Positions 15,692-41,859 of a DNA stretch of 64,000 bases are shown piece after piece. The stretch is from Lingula anatina. Taxonomy: Eukaryota > Animalia > Brachiopoda. A program made the translations under genes and the position numbers. Within the stretch, counting starts at the first letter, position 1, and each line of letters starts with the position of its first letter. The DNA lies in the NCBI GenBank assembly GCA_051362555.1, contig CM120640.1, forward strand, positions 992,001 to 1,056,000. Direction: 5' to 3'. The notes under the pieces are model-generated. The model ran no database searches. It was not told the DNA's origin and saw only the letters and a program-made list of their open reading frames with translations.

Positions 15692-17260
15692 TCATTTGAA
15701 TAACTTAAATGCATCACAAAATTTACCATCAATCAATCTAAATAAGTCCGGCTCTTTTAAGTAACAGGCAGTTATGGTTGTTTGATCGTCATCAACAATA
15801 TTTTGGTTTAGCAACTCCTCAAATATATTCTTATGAAGATCAACATACGTCTCCACCGCCCTCCGAGTCCCTCCAAAGAAGCCACCAGCAAAGATTGGGT
15901 CTTTATTCACTTTATATTCTTTTTGAATGCATTTCAGTCTTTGTAGCTGACTTCGTCGTCGTAAAATAAAGACTACCCGATGATCGTCTGAATCCATGAT
16001 TTTTTGGGGGAACCAAAGAGGTGACGGAGGCAGGCGCCCAGGTTTACCTGCACCGTATCCAAAATCGATCCAGTAAAAGAACTTAGTATTAAAGCGACCG
16101 AATTGACTGGCTTTTAAAAGTAACGGTGCCTTGGAATTGGTTACGATGTTGTACCACGGGCAAAATCCTTCGGGGTGTTTCAGAAGTTTGTGACCCTTTT
16201 TAAATTCGTCTGAGGCCATGATAGTGCTGATTTGGTCCAAATATTGGGCGCAGTGTAATTCCTCTTTGGAGAGCGAAATAATTTCCGTTTTGTCCATCAT
16301 GTTCGCTCTCATGACTTCCACTCGTGATCTGATTGCCTCAGGAACAAACACGATAAAGTTCGACTGCAGCGACAATATGCTTTCGGCGTAAGTGAAATAT
16401 TTGTCATTATCTCTTTTATATCTTGTCCAAGAGCCCCGCCCAATGTCAAAAAATCCAGTAACAAAGGTAACATCGGCATCTGAAATATATATGTCCATAT
16501 TTGAACGCATCAAATGATTAATAATGTTAATTAATGTTAATTAATTAAGTAATATCAATCATTTATTGTTAATAAGTCAGATGATTGTGTTATAAAGATA
16601 ATCCTCATTCAAAATTGAGTGGCATCCGTATCGTTAAGTCTACAGTGTGTTAGTTGTGACGCGTGTGTTCTTTTCATTTCTTGATGAACATTAGTTTTAT
16701 ATTTTCTTTAAAGTTCAACCAATCTTTTAAAGTAGCACCTGTGCCATAATGGTAGTAATATTTTTACCAACTTTTCGGCCCTTGATTACATAGGAAATGT
16801 GCTGATAATGTGGATACCTACTTGTAGCCATTATAACACTGCAGTCGGATCATGGTGAAATAGAGGTACATGCAATTTCTCTCATGATTGTGTTTGCTGT
16901 GCTTTGTGATGTGGTTTGATTTGGTTGACGGTTTGATAATGTACTAGTATTGAATAACAAGAACTAAGGCTACCACACTGCAATACACGTGCTAGCAAAA
17001 TAATGCATGTGCAAACCACATGTATGAAAACAAAGTGAGACATTCACTACAGCATATATGCACTAGACCTAAGGCCTCTTACACGGTTGGCACAAACTAC
17101 CGGTGGTAGACTTAAAGCGTCCATAATAGCTTTTGGTCTTTCTAGCGTCAGAAAATCGGTCTACAGTTGTTTTCAGTATACTGTACTAACCGACAACGGT
17201 GGCTTCATCTTGGTCCGAAAGTTCTAGGACATCTGCAGGTACAGACGAACGGCCACCCAT
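15692..17260 (-). CDS. HtrL/YibB-family (putative glycosyltransferase) protein, 2 exons
   Basis: Main exon 15692-16479 (acceptor TTTCAG) carries VTFVTGFFDIGRGSW..R..KYF, YNIVTNSK, FYWIDFGYG, GGFFGG and IVDDDQT, motifs I recognise as HtrL_YibB. Candidate exon 1 at 17191-17260 (MGGRSSVPADVLELSDQDEATVV, phase-1 GTTAGT donor) splices in frame. Confidence 0.8.
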
Positions 17261-18224
17261 GTCTGCCAACGGCGTGGGCCTCTTCGTTAACAACGTCACC
17301 CCAACCCGTACTGCACTATAAGGCTGCTAAGCTATCATTCTAGCCTCTAGGTGTCCAACCACAAGCTATGAAATCCCTATCAAATTGACTTCAGTTTCGA
17401 GTTTGAAGCTTTGGAAGATGTCTTGTGTCTTACCCGAAGCTGTTCGTATAATATGTTTGTAGAAATGATGCACCGAGGAATGCTAAGTACGCTGACCTAT
17501 ATAGACGGCTCTCAATAAAAATAAACATATAACCCCGAATAATGTGGTAGCTGGGGGTACCACTGTACTCATCACACCAAACGCATTCAGGCGTTTAAGA
17601 TGAACTGCGCCAAATGTGATTCCTTCAGCATCGCGTATAAGGCGAAACAAAATGTGCTACTTCTCTAGCACAATCGAAATGCTGAATTTTTGAATACCTA
17701 CTATCCAAAGCTCTCCTGTGACAAATTAACAACCGGATACAGCTATAACCTATTTAATTGGTAGTTTTACCAATCATATATTCCACCTGTTTACGAACTT
17801 TTGTCACGACTGTGGCTGAATATTGAGACAAAACCCGTCAGGCATTTCCCCTAATACTTTTGCTGATAATGCTATTCCAAAGGAAATGGTTTAAATCTTA
17901 CTAAACGGTGAGGAGAGAGGTGTACCAGTATCACTGTTCAACATTTTGCTACAGGTTTATTTTTCAGGTATAACCTTATACAACTAGGTGACCAAGACTG
18001 TGTGTCCATTATTCTCAATTTCTTTCGACCTGTTATTGGTTTGAAAAATATTTTTTTAAAAGATCGGTTGGGCTAAGACCATGGAATATACATAAACAGA
18101 CACGCTCTTCAAGGTATTTTCAAACGCATTTAAAACTGTTTTCTATTTTGTCACGAATAACAACATCAATTTGCAATGAGAATTTCTTTATCAACATTTG
18201 TTTGGTCCATGAGCCATTCGTGTT

Positions 18225-18345
18225 AAAATCGGGGGTTCGCCCTTTTTGTCAGGAAAAGGTCCTTTCTGGGTAAAATTTGAGCTAGGTACACAAAGGTTTT
18301 TTCGGAAAAAGAATCCCTCTTTTGAAATTGCTGGCTACGGGCCTG
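18225..18345. mobile_element. partial short MITE (family shared with 47284-47430)
   Basis: CCTTTTT..GAAAAGGTCC.TTCTGGGTAAA.TTTGA.CTAGG...TTTTGAAATTGCTGGCTACGGGCCTG is shared with the intronic copy at 47284-47430. Confidence 0.7.
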
Positions 18346-19297
18346 CGTTGTGGAATAACGTAGGGCGATGGTCGTAGGCCTATTGCTTGGCGTTCAAATA
18401 CTGATCAGTGCATCTGAAGGTACATTTTGTATAGTTAATTGTTAGTACATTTCCAAATGAAGCCAGGGTCCTTAAATGAACCACCAGCTGATCACACACC
18501 CGCTTCTTCTTGACACAACACCTACAATAGCACTGTTATTGTATCGTTATTACATTCTTCAGTATTTACTACAAAATCTCGGTGCTGGACCAATATTATT
18601 CCCGTGCATTCGCCCATCAAATAAAAATGTTTTTTCAATTTTTGTTTATCAGTTCAACGTGGATTGTCTGTGCGGGTAAACACGCTGTTAGGGCCCGGGT
18701 GGCTGCCAGTATGAAGGACCGAACGTTGACCCAAAAGTCACATAGGGGAATCTCTGAATTGTGCATGTTAGTCGTTTATTTCTTTCTTTACACAACTGCG
18801 CAATTGTCCCCTCACTTCTCCTTTTCGAAAGATAAACATTTTCTCCACATAAAGGGCCAAGGGGCAGCGCTAATCTTACGCTGAGTTAACTCTCAATGCT
18901 CGTTACGAACGCCGTTTTGATGACATAAAACACGCGCTGAGAATACGACGTGACGCAGACAAAAGCTGGTATTGTCCTTGATAGAAAAACAGATGCAGTG
19001 TTGATTGAAAACTATATAAACCCTCGTATTTACAATCTTGGGGCAGAGTAACCTATGTTAATCTTGGGATTATTATAGATCAAAATGCTGTCTAAACGCG
19101 GTTTTACTGATTTTGTGATACTAGTAGGTATATCAAGATGAACGAAAAGCAGCAACAAACCAGCGCAACCGAGGCAATATGTAAAAGAACTTCGAAATTC
19201 AGCGAGTCATCTACATTTTACAGTCTTGAGTTTTAGATGGTAAAGATTTTTTATTTTACTTTTTACAAGTAGGCCTTTTTATGCTCATCAGGCTACG

Positions 19298-20662
19298 ATG
19301 TCTATTAAAACAGAAGAAAACCACGATCTGCTCACGGTAGACTTCACGTACCCAGGATCTATGGGACGATCGCCGATAACGAAGCAGAAACGCAAACTTT
19401 TGGTCAAGCGCGTGCTAGCAGAGGAGAGAAACTTTCTGGCTTACGAACAAAAGTTGTCCTTGATCGAGAAAAACACGGTGAATGACCTTGAGAAGGAAAA
19501 GCAAAAACTGCACACAACTTTGGAAAAACTGACGGAACACAAGCCGATATTGCCGCGCAGGAGAACGCGCAGCGCTTCCAGCTCGGACGCAAACGCCTTG
19601 CCTGCTGCGGGAGTCGAGCGCCACCGCAAGCCGCAGCCGGAGCAACAACCAACGCTCTCACCGACGCCGTCGTTTGCTAGACTTCAAATAGCGATGGTCG
19701 CCGCGGCGTCGATGAGGAACAGCGAGCAGTTTTTACCGCCTTCTGCGCCACCGCAGGCCCCAAACACAGCCTGGGCAGAACACGAGGGTACAGAAGGGTT
19801 ACGATCAGACGCTATTTCCACAGGGACGCAATCATTTTCTAGGGGACAATTCTCCTCACAAAAGTCCTCACGAGAAAACGTATTTGAAACGAAAACAAAC
19901 GGTTTTAATTCTGCCTCAAATAATGCCAAAACCAAGCGCCCCGTTCGTAGCCTATCTGACTCAGACTTCCCCGGCATGGCGCAATATCTAATTCAGAAAA
20001 CTTGTGACAATCTTTGTCTGTCGCCAAGAATCGCACACAGGCGTTTCGCCGCCAGAGCGAACGCGGTGAAGACACCGTCTCCACTGACCAAGTCCCACGA
20101 CCAGGTTGACGGCGGGAGCAGGGCATGTCAACCGACAAAATCGCCTCAGCAGCAGCAACAGTCACTGCAACAGCAGGTGAGGCGAGAGGAGAGAAAATCT
20201 CCCTTATCTGAAAGTCCTTCAAGTCCTAAGCCATCAGCAGCGTCGCTACGGAAAACGTTCGTCCGCTCTCGGAGCTGCTCCGACATCAAACAGCTTCGCA
20301 GCGGTGTGCCGGCAGGTGGTCAGGCGGCGGGTGGGGGTCCCTCTCACGCCCACATCTCCCCCAAGACCTCACCGTCACTGCCCAAGAGGTTGACGGTAGC
20401 TATCAACATTCCCATTGACAATACTACCAAGGAATCTGCTCCGAACAGTCCCACAAGTCCGCCAAGTCCTCTCACCCACACTGGGGAAACCATTAGACAA
20501 CAACTTGACAACGAGAGGGAGAGAATGGAGAAACTCAAGGTGAAAATTGCTCAGTTTTTCGGAGAGGAACAAAATGAACATTTCCCTGCGCTTCGCGAGA
20601 GGTCGAACACGATTATTGGATTGGCACGTCCCTTAAAAAATAAAACGAACGGAATTTATTGA
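19298..20662 (+). CDS. uncharacterised 454-aa protein: N- and C-terminal predicted coiled coils flanking a Ser/Pro/Gln-rich disordered region
   Basis: A long, uninterrupted, GC-richer ORF in an AT-rich background, with an acceptor (CTCATCAG) 6 nt before the ATG and AATAAA at ~21025. No recognisable catalytic motif. Confidence 0.8.
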   Translation: MSIKTEENHDLLTVDFTYPGSMGRSPITKQKRKLLVKRVLAEERNFLAYEQKLSLIEKNTVNDLEKEKQKLHTTLEKLTEHKPILPRRRTRSASSSDANALPAAGVERHRKPQPEQQPTLSPTPSFARLQIAMVAAASMRNSEQFLPPSAPPQAPNTAWAEHEGTEGLRSDAISTGTQSFSRGQFSSQKSSRENVFETKTNGFNSASNNAKTKRPVRSLSDSDFPGMAQYLIQKTCDNLCLSPRIAHRRFAARANAVKTPSPLTKSHDQVDGGSRACQPTKSPQQQQQSLQQQVRREERKSPLSESPSSPKPSAASLRKTFVRSRSCSDIKQLRSGVPAGGQAAGGGPSHAHISPKTSPSLPKRLTVAINIPIDNTTKESAPNSPTSPPSPLTHTGETIRQQLDNERERMEKLKVKIAQFFGEEQNEHFPALRERSNTIIGLARPLKNKTNGIY

Positions 20663-22236
20663 CATTTTAAACACTCCGATTTTGTCTAGAAGCGTTGCTA
20701 TTTTTTTTAATGTCATAAGTTATTCATTTGACTTACTGATAAATACATGTAAGCTTTTTTAATTGAAGCCCTTTATCTTAAACGGGGCCACAAGTAGTAT
20801 ATAGCAGCCAGCTCATTACTGTTATCATTTCATCGATTAAGTCGAAAATATCTTTTAACCCGACATTCTCTATCGTAACAAATTGGCGCATAGACATACA
20901 TAGCTGTTTTAAACATTCAAACTTCATTTTTATGTTAATGCCACAGACGTGAAATGTGGACATTATTTTCAAATATACCAAACAGCAGACATGCTATGAC
21001 GCAGTTTCAACTGAAAACTGTAATAATAAACCTGAACCACAATACCGTCTGGAATGCTGGCGTTTTAACTGAGTCTGTAAGGAATGGAAATATTGAAATG
21101 CCCCCTGTTACGCGAGCTTGACCGGTGCCCAGTGACTTACTGACCAATTTTTACACCCATTGTTACGCGTCTCTTTCACTGTCACGCTCCAGTGGAGGAG
21201 ATGCATGGCTGGAAAATAAGGAAATCCCAATAATAAAAGTGAAGTTGTTAACGAGGTGTGGATACTTGAGATGAGGTGGTCAAAATATAAACATGTGCAA
21301 CGTACATACAGCGTGAACCCAGTTTTCAGTAAGGCCTAGCAGTAATTTACTAGTTGGGAAAGGAAATCTACATATGATTTAAAAAACGCTATAATTTCCA
21401 TTAGTCGCGCCTCTGGTACTACCCTTAGTATCAGGGCACTATACAGCTGCACCTTTTCACGTGAGCTGGTCATACCGGTCTACAACCCAGATTACTGGTA
21501 CTAGCATCATTAAAAGAAATGTGCACTGGTTTGACGTCATACCTAGTCACTAGGCGCCGTAGACTGGCAGACGTCACGAGGCTGAGTGCCACGTGCTTTG
21601 AACATCAGTTTTCTTGATCGTATATCAGTATGACTTCATGCTCATCCACTCGTTATATAATACTACAGAAATTGTAGGTTCTAGCATATATTTTCATGAT
21701 TTATATAATTAAATTTTGTTTTATCATCTCTTCCCTTCCTTTAACATGGTGAATCTATTTAACTTACAAGAATTTCATACTCTATTAAATAATTATTATA
21801 ATTATTATTATTATTATTATACAATAAAAGACTTCAACTGCTCTGTCAAAATTTAATTTATTGTTTCTCATTAACAAAATCACCGTCAACAATAACATAC
21901 TTGCACACATGGAAACTGGAATCCAGCTGTCCTATCGTCATTGTTGCCTAGTCAACTCTTCATTATATATAACATGAGGCAAGATCACATGAAGAAGAAT
22001 ATGTTCTCATCCACAGAAAGTACATTTAAATAAACATAATCTTATCCATCCAAACATATCATCAGTATTTATCAGTATGGCTGTCACCGTGTTAGTTGGA
22101 ATAACAGCAGTTTTTCCTGACGCCAGTTAGACGTATCCTGAAGACTGTACAGCTATCCATTTTCATCTGCACTTGCTTGTGTATGATGTGGGTTAGACAG
22201 TCTGATCATCAGGAAGATGGAGTGGCCATCACCATT

Positions 22237-22540
22237 AGGTCAAACTGACCATAAGATTATTAGGTCATCCACTTTATTACATGTAGGTCAGGCTCACCAG
22301 GGTTAAACTGACCATCAAAACAAGGTTAAACTGACCTAAGGTATGGGTCAAACTGACCACCATGAAAAGGTCAAACTGACCATAAGATTATTAGGTCACA
22401 CTGACCATTTTAGCAAGGTCAAACTGATCGCAGAACCAGGTCAAGATGACCATTGCAACCAGGTCAAACTGACCATTACAACCAGGTCAAACTGACCATT
22501 ACTGGCAAGTCATCCAGACAACATGGTCAGACAGACCATT
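22237..22540. repeat. degenerate ~23-bp-period array of GGTCAnnnTGACC palindromes in the SHOC1 3' UTR
   Basis: The core AGGTCAAACTGACCA recurs about 12 times (7 perfect 13-bp palindromes) with variable linkers. Confidence 0.88.
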
Positions 22541-22561
22541 TTAGTGGTGTCCACTGGATCA

Positions 22562-38251
<15,690 letters not shown>

Positions 38252-38539
38252 CTTGTAAAGCTATTCAGTCCCTCACTATTATGTAGGAGTCGCTTGTTGT
38301 ACCTCAAATATAAGTATAATGGCCGATTTGTCTGGTTTGCACTAGCAGTAGCAGGTCTGGAAATTTGTATTCTCTGCAGATTTTATGACACATTCATGAC
38401 CAATCCACCTATACTGTTCCCATTTCATGTTACCTTATCCATCAATAGGGTTAAACCTTAAATTACAATTAAATTCGATCAATTTTCCGTGTGATAGAGG
38501 ATCTATGTGCAGTGAGTCAAACTTTAGCATTTCGCATTT

Positions 38540-38870
38540 TCCGCCTGTTTCAATTTGCTGCGGTCCTACTCTCGATAATTTTATATATTTTATTTCACTA
38601 TATAATCACAAAACAATGTTCAATAGTAAAATTAGATTCACCATTTCAAACAAACATCGATTCACATGAGTAAATTTGACTTCTCTTTACTTGATCTTGT
38701 CTAAAGAAAACTAACAACCAATCACGCGATTGAATTAATTTACTTCGATACTGTAATTAAGAAATGCTAAATGTAGCAGGTTGCTGAAAATAGTTTTACG
38801 AATTACTGTTAGGTTAAACGTGTTACATGGAAAAACATTCTTATCTATGGTAAATCTACAACCCAAGGTG
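38540..38870. promoter_or_regulatory. putative bidirectional promoter between SHOC1 and PPP1R42
   Basis: The genes are head-to-head, with candidate non-coding first-exon donors on opposite strands (minus AG|GTAAC ~38433; plus AAG|GTGAGT 38868). CpG is locally retained in an otherwise CpG-poor region, and a CCAAT box (AACCAATCA) sits at ~38717. Confidence 0.55.
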
Positions 38871-40092
38871 AGTATCTGATGTTTTACTAGAGTTCAGTTT
38901 TGCTCAGATGGCTCAAAAAGACCTAGGTAACCAACCTAACTACAGGTCACGTGATTATGCTGTTTTAGATGACACATATTTGTATGTATTTCCACCTGGA
39001 AGACAAACAATATTTTTTATTCAATCCCCACGTTGGATCCAACGGTAATGTATGTTAGGTAATTTTAGGCTAGAATTTGTGTTCTGCTATTTCCCCCTGA
39101 ACTCATTCGTATGAATTTTGGAAATACTTCGTACGGAACATGCATGTACATGTAATAGCGTTAATTTTCTTAGCTGGTCAACATTTACCTAGATAGTTAT
39201 TGCAGTGCACCAGGAATAAAACATATGTAGTAGTTGTGGTTTATATCAATAGCAAAAACGGTGTAATTTAAAAGAACATATATATGTTGGAAGATAAAAT
39301 TTAACTATTGTAAGATTGAAATATTTCTATTCAGGGGAGTTAGTTGAATTTGGTAGCATTTTTGCTACAATGCAGCTTAACACTTCACACCCTAAATCTT
39401 TAAATACTGTAACTATTAATGTAATGTAACTAGACCAAATACTAGGTATAAAGTGACCCAATTTTCAGTTTACACTTAAAATATGTGGAAAGATTATTTT
39501 CATGTGTGTTCTTTGAGCAGTCTGTGGCCTGAGGAGGTTCAGGTAAATGTAGTTTGCACTTGGTAAGGTCAGTTAAACTCTCTCTTGGTGACTGTGTGTC
39601 ATGAAAAAAAAATCGAAAATCAATTGCTTTTCAGTATTTTTCAGCAAGTACACACATATGTAAGCTGCCAAATAAATATACTGGGTGGCTGTCTTGGGAA
39701 AATTTATAATATAAAAATTGCATTGGTGCACGAGGGATAACAACTGTCCGTATGAAATCCACATTTCACAATAAATACAGTGTAAACAACTCATTGAAAT
39801 ATAATAAATTCCATTTTACCACTAAAACGGTGGTTAATGCAATTAATTCTTGAATTTGTGCATGCCATCAAATCACATGACCTCCATAGATTACTACACT
39901 ATAATAATCTCTTAAGAGAATATTACAAAAAAACCAAACTTTTTAGAAAAAAAAGGGACTAAATTTGAATGTTGGAATGGATTCATTAACTGTTAATAAG
40001 TATGGGAAAATTGCCATTTTTCCCAGGAAAATTCATTTTTGCTCCAAAATGGGAGTTGTTATCCCTTTATGGGAGTTGTTATCCCTTTAAAT

Positions 40093-40326
40093 TCAAATAT
40101 AACCATCGGGATCATCTGGTGTGTCAAATATATCACTTGGCGACATCATACAGATTTTATCCCATACGTCCACGTGCCTACAGTGTGGGCACTTAATCGT
40201 ATTACACTTTTCTTTACATGTTCTGTGTATTTTTAGTTTACATTGCTCACAACACCATAGTGGTGTAGGAGGTGTCATTATTAAGTTGTCTAAGCATATA
40301 ATGCAGTGGGTAGTGGTACTTTCCAT
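40093..40326 (-). CDS. small intronless RING-finger-like ORF (77 aa), antisense in PPP1R42 intron 1
   Basis: CIIC-x13-CCEQC-x4-HRTC-x8-CPHCR gives a C4HC3-type arrangement ending in the RING-typical CPxCR. Expression is unknown. Confidence 0.55.
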   Translation of the reverse strand: MESTTTHCIICLDNLIMTPPTPLWCCEQCKLKIHRTCKEKCNTIKCPHCRHVDVWDKICMMSPSDIFDTPDDPDGYI

Positions 40327-40801
40327 TCTACCATTGTTTTTAGGTATTTTGGGTCATCTATATATAGGATCCAATACGAAATTCATTACCATTAATTGTG
40401 ATATGAGGATTATGAATCTAAATGGTCGTCAGCAGATTTAGAAATTGCTTGGTGATACTATAGTCTTGCAAGCATGTATTAAAGCAAGGTTCTCTAGTAT
40501 TACCAAAATTACGTTTATTTAAAATATACCTGGAATTATCACTTTCATACACATATTTGTATTTTTTGGAATATTTAGAAAAGAACACTTATTTGGTAAT
40601 GTGACTTCAGTTGAACATTATCTTGTGCGTTATCTTCAGTACCTCTTAGAAGTGATTTTTATTAGCCACAGGGATTTTGGTAAGATAAGAATTGAAATCA
40701 TTTTTAAAATTTTTTGCAGGGTCTCTATTTTTTAATGTTAACCCATTATTGCAGACAGAACTGGGTCAGTAGATGATCCGTCTAATTTGTGTGGAATCTA
40801 G

Positions 40802-41014
40802 GGGCGTATTCCCATAGATTTTAGATTGATCTATCCCTGTAGGGAGTCTCACTAGATTACTGTCAGATAATCCAGCTTAAATGTCCGTCCTGCCTACTAC
40901 AAGCTGTAAAGGGGTAATTAACTTTCGTGCCCGCTCTGCTGACAGCTATTTAGCGTGAACCCCCGGGAGTTAAGTCGATCTAGTTGGATCGATCTAATCT
41001 CTGGGAATGGGGTC
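40802..41014. mobile_element. MITE family A, copy 3
   Basis: Colinear with 2599-2831 and flanked by a TAG/TAG 3-bp TSD. Confidence 0.85.
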
Positions 41015-41859
41015 TAGAAGTTCATGTACAGTGTATGTGCAAAATAATTAGCTTATCAATATGTCACTAAGTAATAAGAGTCAAGACAGACTGCATTGGT
41101 GAGTTAAATGTGAAAAAAATCTTAGAAATGTGGGTCTTAAATCATTGTATTCATGTCTGGATTTATTGTCTGAATTTTATTAGCAGTTATGATAATAGTG
41201 TGTGTGTGTGTGCGCGCGCGCGTACATACCGTATGCTGTTTACGGTGATGACTATCAATGGGGAAAAGTCATAATTTCCTAAAATAAGAGCATTCCTATT
41301 GAGTGGTTGCAACAAGATTGAAAAGCAGACTGCCTTATAGTTCTATTCTAGAAAAGCACCACAAATGATATACATATATATAATTTTTATGATTTTAAAA
41401 TGATGACTGAAAGTTTAATAATTTTTGCCCATTGAAAAGATCCAGTCATTACCATATATAAAAGTTATCTTCACATGGTCTGTTATAAGTTGTACAGAAC
41501 TTTTTTGCGGCATATACAGTAACTGTTGTGTACTTCTATTTATTTTCTCTGGAGAAGATAAGAAGAACGGTTATTGAAATATCCATGTGATCAAGTTGAT
41601 TCTAGATCTACATCTAATTAAAGTTAATAAATCATTTACACTGAGTATACTTACATGCATTTGTTTTCTTAATTTTTCAGGAAGAAGAATGCGGGAATCA
41701 ACTTTAAAAAAACTAAACCAGGATTAACTTGGGAGCTTAGAAAATGACGTGAAATTTATTAACATCGACGTTTACCCCATTCACACATACACTGTATATT
41801 ACCCAGAGGAGTATATTAAGAACTGGTACATAAAGCAGTAACCCAGTATCCCAGCAATC

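Noticed and set aside
16810-16870. Alternative first exon for the HtrL-like gene (MYLYFTMIRLQCYNGY)
   Set aside because: Its donor is phase 2 or follows a stop, which is incompatible with the phase-1 acceptor at 16479.
22237-22540. CRISPR-like look (palindromic repeats with variable spacers)
   Set aside because: Repeats are only 13-15 bp, spacers are about 8-12 bp and related to each other, the context is a eukaryotic 3' UTR, and there are no cas genes.
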